IMG/VR virus record: IMGVR_UViG_3300035208_002255
Location: 128,001 to 169,027 of that record
Source of the DNA: a virus
Lineage: Duplodnaviria; Heunggongvirae; Uroviricota; Caudoviricetes
Reading direction: 5' to 3' (one strand)
Length of the DNA stretch: 41,027 nt
Both the position numbers and the translations under genes were made by a program. Under the pieces are notes generated by a model that was given only the letters and a program-made list of their open reading frames with translations, ran no database searches and was not told the DNA's origin. Positions 35,590 through 41,027 of the stretch are shown here, in pieces (the stretch's first letter is position 1; the number at the start of each line of letters is the position of its first letter).

Positions 35590-35606
35590 CGCCCTGACCC
35601 TTGCAT

Positions 35607-35678
35607 GCTTCCTAAGCATTGTTGGCGATGCACTTGATTTGTAATCATGAGAAATCGGTTCGATTCCGGTGGGAAGCT
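35607..35678 (+). tRNA. tRNA-Thr(TGT)
   Basis: Acceptor GCTTCCT/GGGAAGC, D arm GCAT/ATGC, anticodon loop TTTGTAA, T loop TTCGATT; no CCA. Confidence 0.9.
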
Positions 35679-35697
35679 CAACTTGTAGACTAAAAAC

Positions 35698-35752
35698 GCT
35701 CGTGTGACAGAATTGGCAGACGCGCTGGAAGATTCAAGTCCTGCCGCGAGCA
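35698..35752 (+). pseudogene. Anticodon-less tRNA remnant (Leu-type D loop)
   Basis: Acceptor GCTCGTG/CGCGAGC-A, D region GAATTGGCAGAC, degenerate T arm with TTCAAGT; only 55 nt. Confidence 0.65.
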
Positions 35753-35816
35753 CGAAGAGAAGAGGAAATGAAGACGGCCAGCGGGGAATGTTATTGATTC
35801 AATATCAGATTTCTTC

Positions 35817-35844
35817 TTGATTTCTGTCATAGTCCTGGTACAAT
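35817..35844 (+). promoter_or_regulatory. Sigma70-type promoter
   Basis: TTGATT-16-TACAAT with TGG extension. Confidence 0.65.
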
Positions 35845-35862
35845 CGTCTTCGACAGGTTAAT

Positions 35863-36132
35863 ATGACATTTACAATTATTGTTTGGATATCATCCCTATT
35901 TCTCGGATGCGCACTTTTTCTAGGATACATTTTGGGAATCTGGAAAATACTGAAGCCAAAAACAAATGCGGTATTAGGAACAGTATTTTGTGGATTTCTA
36001 ATAACAATGGTACTACTACCATTGTCATGTATGGAATCAAAGTCCGAAGACGCAAAAATGCGTGACGAATATGGTTGCCATCGAAAAAATCCGAACTATC
36101 ATGCATGCAGAGAAAAAGGGATTTACTGGTAG
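35863..36132 (+). CDS. Small membrane protein (possible -1 frameshift extension to 36257)
   Basis: Two hydrophobic helices; AGGT SD. Confidence 0.65.
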   Translation: MTFTIIVWISSLFLGCALFLGYILGIWKILKPKTNAVLGTVFCGFLITMVLLPLSCMESKSEDAKMRDEYGCHRKNPNYHACREKGIYW

Positions 36133-36260
36133 CAACAACGGCAGGTTCTCCGAATGGTTACTCGTGCAATAACAAACATCATAAGATGCGAGTTGAGCCG
36201 GTAACAAAAGCTGGTGAAGAGATTGGTGCTTTAGTCTTTTGTGAATGTGTAAAGTAACTA

Positions 36261-36609
36261 TCCTCTTAGGAACTACAGGCGCTTATCTGTAGTAGCTGAA
36301 GTCTGTATGGGATTATGCGCAATGCTATACAGATGCAGAGTTGCAAGCACTCTGATGAGGACTCATTCCTTCGGGAGTGATGGTGGAGGAGGAGCGAGTT
36401 AAATCGTTCGTCCCTAGGTATCTACAGTACCAGGACTTATCAATGGACATTAAATGCTTTGTGTTCGATAAGTTCAATCTTCTCATATAAAGAGTAATTT
36501 GACAAAAGCCTACTCGGCGCGAGATGATATGTACAGGGATTGAGAGTTCCTGTAAGTAACCAAGGTGGAGGAAGAGATAACATCAAATCCGTAGAAGCTT
36601 TGGTTACTT
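36261..36609 (+). ncRNA. Candidate hairpin-array RNA upstream of the tmRNA
   Basis: At least 8 consecutive stems including a cUUCGg hairpin (36363-36380) and a 12-bp stem (36554-36609); no credible ORF. Confidence 0.55.
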
Positions 36610-36619
36610 CTCAAACAAC

Positions 36620-36978
36620 GGGGCAGACTGGTTTCGACGTGGCTAATGAGGATAGAGTGAACATGCAAGCGGGAGTATGTTACCGCTTTGAACAATGACA
36701 TGCCGTATTAACTGCCAACGACAACGCAGACCTCGCCATCGCTGCCTAATAAGCAGTAGGCGACATCCCGAGACAAGGAGTCTTAGTAATCAAGGGGTGC
36801 CAACCCACAAGGACTGGTTTTTTGGAATGATGTTACCAAAGAATGAGATTAATATCTAGGGTTGCTAAGTTTGCCGAATTACTTAGCGGGGCTTCTATCG
36901 CCTTAAGATAGATAAGCATGTGAGCGAGCTTTGTAGTACGTAGTCGCGGACCGGGGGTTCGACTCCCCCGATGCTCCA
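36620..36978 (+). ncRNA. ssrA: tmRNA (one-piece), tag peptide ANDNADLAIAA
   Basis: 5' GGGGCAGACTGGTTTCGAC; 3' T arm CGGGGGTTCGACTCCCCCG and TGCTCCA with a G3-U pair; tag frame 36714-36749 after TTAACT. Confidence 0.95.
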
Positions 36979-36996
36979 CTAAATAGAGTGTTGAAT

Positions 36997-37278
36997 ATGA
37001 ATACGTACAAATACGGATCAACGTTTAAAACCCGCACTTCAAGTATTGCCAAAATCTTTGGAGCCATCTTTGGTTTCATTACCTTGGCCCTTGGTACTGT
37101 TGCTGTTATTGTTGGTCTAGCCATTCTTATGGCGTTTCCAACGATGTGGTTATGGAACTATGTTATTCCTCATATCTCCAGAGGAAATGTTCCTTGCATT
37201 AGTTTGTGGCAAGCGCTTGCGCTGAATGCGTTGTGTGGTATTCTTTTCAAATCTAATTGCAAGAAATCTGAGAGTTGA
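36997..37278 (+). CDS. Small membrane protein
   Basis: PTMWLWNYVIP...ISLWQALAL..L..ILFK. Confidence 0.7.
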   Translation: MNTYKYGSTFKTRTSSIAKIFGAIFGFITLALGTVAVIVGLAILMAFPTMWLWNYVIPHISRGNVPCISLWQALALNALCGILFKSNCKKSES

Positions 37279-37285
37279 TAACAAA

Positions 37286-37438
37286 ATGAACTCCAAGTAC
37301 GACATAGATTATCTCAGAGCTTTTACAGATGTTTTGGCAGCTGGTAATCCCAATACCAAATCAATGCATCAAATTGTAGAGCGTTATTACAGTGCCTTAG
37401 ATCAAGCTCCCAAGAAGAAAGAATACAACAATGTTTGA
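37286..37438 (+). CDS. Small hypothetical protein
   Basis: ATG 37286; overlaps the start of the ATPase gene. Confidence 0.5.
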   Translation: MNSKYDIDYLRAFTDVLAAGNPNTKSMHQIVERYYSALDQAPKKKEYNNV

Positions 37439-38897
37439 ACGTGACTTTCGTGAGGAAAATAACAAACTCCGTGATAAGCTTTCAGAGGCTTCCTCCTACA
37501 TTAAAGAGCTTGAAGGTTTCATTGAGGAGGTAAAGGACGGGCCAAGCTCTTACGCTTACGTTATTCAGACTCATGGTAATAGAGTCACTGTCAGTACCAA
37601 CAATGGTATTGTTGAAGTTCCCAATACTCTTAAGGCTCAGATGCCTAAGATTGGTGATGGTGTTATGTTTGGTGGTCTAGGAATCATCACTGGGCCAGCG
37701 GCACAAGAGATTGTTATTGGAGATCTTTTTGTTGTAACAGCTCACGGTAATGGTTGGGCAGAAATTAGTGTTGATAGCTCTCCTCGCCGAGTTGTCTGCT
37801 CTCTTCAGGTTGAAGATGGTGATCGTGTTCTTATGGATACGAATAATACCATTGCCCTAAAGAACTACGGCCAAGATACAACGAAGTTCTCTTTTGATGG
37901 AGATACCGGAGTTCAGTGGGATGACATCGGAGGTTTGGAGAATGCCAAGCTAACTTTACAGGAAGCTATTGAACTTCCTAGTAAGCATCCCGATCTATTC
38001 AAGAAGTACAATAAGCGCCTTCCTAAGGGAGCAATGTTGTACGGTCCCAGTGGGACTGGAAAGACTTTGCTTGCAAAGGCTGCCGCCACTTCCCTTGCGC
38101 AGACTCATGGTAAATCTGCAAAGAGCACTGGCTTTATTTATGTTAAGGGACCAGAGCTTCTAAATATGTGGGTTGGTAACACTGAAGCAGAGATTCGTGG
38201 ATTGTTTGCTCGTGGTCGAGACCATTTCAAGAAGAATGGATATCCTGCAATTCTATTCATCGACGAAGCTGATGCTCTCCTCGGGGCTCGTGGCGGATCT
38301 TCTCATACATCTCAAGGAACTCTAGCCAACACTATTGTTCCTCAGTTCCTAAGCGAGATGGATGGTCTTGAAGATTCTGGAGTCTTTGTTCTGCTTGCAA
38401 CGAACCGTCCAGATTTTTTGGATGCTGCCGTAACTCGTGATGGTCGTATTGATCGAAAGGTTGCAGTACTACGTCCGAATGAGGATGCCGCAAAATCTGT
38501 TCTTCGAATTCATATGAAGAACCGTCCCATCTTTGCTGGAGCTGAGTTGGAAACCCTTCTCGATCATTCAATTGCGTATCTGTATGGAGAGAAGTTCTCG
38601 TTGTATGAAGTAACTTACAACAGGGCTAATCCTCAGAAAAGAACTATGCTTCTCAAGGATCTTGTCAATGGTGCAATGATTGCTGGTATTGCAGAGCGTG
38701 CGGCTAGTATTGCAATGCAGCGAGATATTGAGAATGCAATGAAGGGCGTAAAGGAAGCTGATGGTATTTCTATTAGTAATATTTACGAAGCCATCGATGC
38801 GGTGTATGAGGAGAACCTTCACATTAATCACGATCTAGCCATTCAAGAATTCGGTGAATCCCTGGATGGTGACATCACTAACATTCAGCGAGTATAA
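37431..38897 (+). CDS. ARC/Mpa-like (proteasome-type) AAA+ ATPase
   Basis: N-terminal coiled coil and OB-like region; WDDIGGL, YGPSGTGKT, VKGPELLN..VG.TE, LFIDEAD, TIVPQFLSEMDG, ATNRPD..D.A..R.GRID. Confidence 0.88.
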   Translation: MFERDFREENNKLRDKLSEASSYIKELEGFIEEVKDGPSSYAYVIQTHGNRVTVSTNNGIVEVPNTLKAQMPKIGDGVMFGGLGIITGPAAQEIVIGDLFVVTAHGNGWAEISVDSSPRRVVCSLQVEDGDRVLMDTNNTIALKNYGQDTTKFSFDGDTGVQWDDIGGLENAKLTLQEAIELPSKHPDLFKKYNKRLPKGAMLYGPSGTGKTLLAKAAATSLAQTHGKSAKSTGFIYVKGPELLNMWVGNTEAEIRGLFARGRDHFKKNGYPAILFIDEADALLGARGGSSHTSQGTLANTIVPQFLSEMDGLEDSGVFVLLATNRPDFLDAAVTRDGRIDRKVAVLRPNEDAAKSVLRIHMKNRPIFAGAELETLLDHSIAYLYGEKFSLYEVTYNRANPQKRTMLLKDLVNGAMIAGIAERAASIAMQRDIENAMKGVKEADGISISNIYEAIDAVYEENLHINHDLAIQEFGESLDGDITNIQRV

Positions 38898-38898
38898 T

Positions 38899-39096
38899 AT
38901 GTGGGCTCAAAAAAAGCGACATGGTAATTATGGTGGGAACAATAATGATGCAACCCAACAACAAGCCGTTCCCAAACTTCGTGGTACCGGAGATATTGAA
39001 GCTCTTCTAAAAGAAAGCCAATCCAATGATAAGTTGGAAAAGCAAGAGAAAGAACGCGGATACGAAAATGGGAGTAGTTGCGGATGTGGATGGTAA
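38899..39096 (+). CDS. 65-aa hydrophilic protein ending SSCGCGW (Pup-like size and composition)
   Basis: ATG 1 nt after the ATPase stop; low-complexity polar sequence. Confidence 0.65.
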   Translation: MWAQKKRHGNYGGNNNDATQQQAVPKLRGTGDIEALLKESQSNDKLEKQEKERGYENGSSCGCGW

Positions 39097-39419
39097 TCAA
39101 AACCATTTTGGTTTTAGGAATCGCAGCTGGATTCATTTCACTGACGGTTACTAAATCCACAATCTTCGAACCCTTCAGGGACTTCTTCTTCCATCACTCT
39201 GAAAAGAGTGCCGTGATGAAGTTTCTGTATGACTTAGTGACGTGCCCATATTGTTTCAGTCATTGGGTATCATTGGTAATGGTCTGTATTTGGCAACCAA
39301 GGATTGTTAATTGTGGTTGTATTTGGGTTGACCTTGGAGTAAGTTGGTTCGTGATGGTTGGTATTGCATCTTACGCTTGGGGAATCTTCTTTAAGATCAC
39401 TTCAGAAAATTCGGAATGA
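39090..39419 (+). CDS. DUF1360-family membrane protein
   Basis: IFEPFR...LVTCPYCFSHWVS. Confidence 0.75.
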   Translation: MVIKTILVLGIAAGFISLTVTKSTIFEPFRDFFFHHSEKSAVMKFLYDLVTCPYCFSHWVSLVMVCIWQPRIVNCGCIWVDLGVSWFVMVGIASYAWGIFFKITSENSE

Positions 39420-39539
39420 AATCTTTACATGGAAAGAGCTTGCGCTTGGACTTATTTTTGGGTTACTGTTTTGAATGATCTCTCGCAAACCGCATGATAA
39501 TAGATTGATTTTATTATCATTGTGATGGGAGATAATAAC

Positions 39540-39567
39540 AGCCGCATGGGGCTTTTAATACTATGAC
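39540..39567 (+). repeat. Dispersed pseudoknot motif, copy 8
   Basis: AGCCGCATGGGGCTTTTAATACTATGAC. Confidence 0.9.
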
Positions 39568-39597
39568 ATTGTTCAAACTCAGAAGGTTTCTCTTCAA

Positions 39598-40542
39598 ATG
39601 AAGATATTCGATGTTTCAAATTCAAAAGCTTCTTTATTGGATAAATCCAAGCTATATGGTCCCAAAGAGAATGATATTGTAAGATACCTTAAACAATACG
39701 CTCCTGAGTTTGGTCATCAATTTGTACAGTCCGCAGAAGATGCTGATGTAATCTTCACCAACGATATCTTTCCTGAACCTTTTCTTGGTAAGAGGAAGGT
39801 GAAGCGGATGGATGGAGTATTTTCTCGTGCAGATGTTGTACATCGTAATGAAGCTTTGAATCGTGCCGCCCAAGAAGCTGATAGCGTTATCTTCATCTCA
39901 GAGTATTCCAGAGAATCGTATTTCAACTTATACGATCCTAAGAGGGATACAATCAAGAGCTTTACGGTTATTCCAAATGAAGTTGATCCGACAGTTTTCT
40001 ATCCAAGCACTGTTATTTCAGAACATCCTAGAGAGATGATAGCTGTTGCTTCTGATTGGATCAGACCTGAAAAAAGACTTAATGACTTGTTGTTTCTAGC
40101 TAGAATTGCACCTGAAACTAACTTCACCTTGATTGGTAAGGTACCTGAGATCAGTTATCCTAAAAACATTATACTAAAAGGATACGTTGATACGCCCGAA
40201 AAGCTAGGCGATGCTCTTCGTATGGCGGATGGAATGGTATCTTTGTTTTACAAAGACGCATATCCAAAGACCATGGTACAAGCAAAGTACTGTGGACTAC
40301 CTGTAATTTTTGCCGGGTCTGGTGGTCAGACTCAAATGGGTGTTGCAGGCGTATGCATTACTGATACTGACAAGTATTCATTTGACAATTCTGTTCCAAG
40401 ATTAGATCCCTTCGAGATTGAAGTTGGATGGAAAGATTTCAGCGGTTACTTTCCAGGACTGAAACAGTTTGCAATGCAATACAAAGGTCGAAATGACTTC
40501 GTTGGAATGCTTAGAAGTTATTTCGAAAAACTTCAGGGATAA
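39598..40542 (+). CDS. Glycosyltransferase family 4 (GT-B)
   Basis: ADSVIFISEYSR, VIPNEVDP..F, W.RPEKRL, DAYPKTMVQAKYCGLPVI. Confidence 0.8.
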   Translation: MKIFDVSNSKASLLDKSKLYGPKENDIVRYLKQYAPEFGHQFVQSAEDADVIFTNDIFPEPFLGKRKVKRMDGVFSRADVVHRNEALNRAAQEADSVIFISEYSRESYFNLYDPKRDTIKSFTVIPNEVDPTVFYPSTVISEHPREMIAVASDWIRPEKRLNDLLFLARIAPETNFTLIGKVPEISYPKNIILKGYVDTPEKLGDALRMADGMVSLFYKDAYPKTMVQAKYCGLPVIFAGSGGQTQMGVAGVCITDTDKYSFDNSVPRLDPFEIEVGWKDFSGYFPGLKQFAMQYKGRNDFVGMLRSYFEKLQG

Positions 40543-40633
40543 TCATGGGTGCAACATTAGCATTGAAGTTTCCTACAAAAGAGATTCGTGACACTAGGAA
40601 ACTGAATAAATTAACCAAGTTATGGTCTGAAAG

Positions 40634-40819
40634 ATGAATGATGAAAGGCTAGCATAGCCTTTTTGTTTTATTTGGTCTATAGCAAGGCCGGCTAGCTGAT
40701 TAAACAAACCAGAACGGAGTAATAGTAACCCGGCAAAATACTCTTGCTTTACTGGTACCGTGCAAAGAAAGCTCCAATGCTTTAGCTTGGAGATGAATTT
40801 GCCGTCTTATATCATTCAT
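40634..40819 (+). ncRNA. Candidate 186-nt multibranch RNA
   Basis: Closing stem ATGAATGAT/ATCATTCAT; inner stems AAAGGC/GCCTTT, TTGTTT/AAACAA, CGGCAAA/TTTGCCG, CTCCAA/TTGGAG. Confidence 0.5.
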
Positions 40820-40864
40820 GTGTTTATTATTTCTAGGTCGAGAAACATTATTTATTCACCTTAA

Positions 40865-40951
40865 AATTCTCAAGAGAATTTACCTCTCTTGAGAATTGAC
40901 AATTGAATATCTGGTTCTCTTGAAATAATCTTAAATGATTTCCTCAAGAGA
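40865..40951. promoter_or_regulatory. Four TCAAGAGA boxes in two inverted pairs around a promoter
   Basis: Boxes at 40870(+), 40885(-), 40916(-), 40944(+); TTGAAT-17-TAATCT at 40903-40931. Confidence 0.55.
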
Positions 40952-41027
40952 TAAAATTCTAAGGTTAAAAAATGATATTATGATTAACCAAAGTAGTAAT
41001 ATCATAAAAGATTTTCTAAATTAGAAA

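Noticed and set aside
36352-36400. Hammerhead ribozyme suggested by CTGATGAG
   Set aside because: No GAAA follows the next stem, and the CTG is already paired in a hairpin.
21217-39567. Classical CRISPR array interpretation of the repeat motif
   Set aside because: The copies are dispersed over 18 kb without regular spacing, and no cas genes are visible; only one repeat-spacer-repeat-like pair exists.
40731-40804. c-di-GMP-I riboswitch suggested by GGCAAA...GCAAAG...TTGCCG
   Set aside because: There is no GNRA tetraloop or receptor and P2 does not form properly; kept only as part of an unassigned RNA.

Overview
This looks like a 41-kb accessory segment of a large (jumbo-type) bacteriophage genome. 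It has about 80 densely packed, mostly small genes, all on + except one LAGLIDADG homing endonuclease, plus sigma70-type promoters and intrinsic terminators. The standard genetic code fits. Recognisable proteins are an HsdR-N-like nuclease, a GHKL-ATPase/HExxH fusion, a SNF2 helicase, an HNH endonuclease, a metallophosphoesterase, an ATP-dependent DNA ligase plus Ku, an FtsK motor, an OGFr-family protein, three radical SAM enzymes, a cyclic-phosphate receiver, a PARG (TIGR02452-like), an HD hydrolase, an ARC/Mpa-like AAA ATPase, DUF1360 and a GT4 glycosyltransferase. Bases ~33.1-37.0 kb form a non-coding RNA island: tRNA-Lys(TTT), tRNA-Arg(TCT), tRNA-Thr(TGT), a one-piece tmRNA (tag ANDNADLAIAA), three aberrant tRNA-like RNAs (one permuted and Y-RNA-like, one with a ~99-nt insert replacing the anticodon arm, one with no anticodon arm) and several unexplained structured RNAs. 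The most novel-looking signal is a dispersed 27-28-nt motif, AGCCGCRYGG(G)GCTTCTAATWCTRYGAC, in 8 full copies and 1 half copy. It folds as an H-type pseudoknot with compensatory base changes, and in four cases it sits at the predicted +1 of a promoter ahead of variable sequence. A second candidate system is the ARC-like ATPase followed by a Pup-sized, apparently disordered protein ending in CGCGW. All family calls are from motif recognition by eye; no database searches or folding programs were run.
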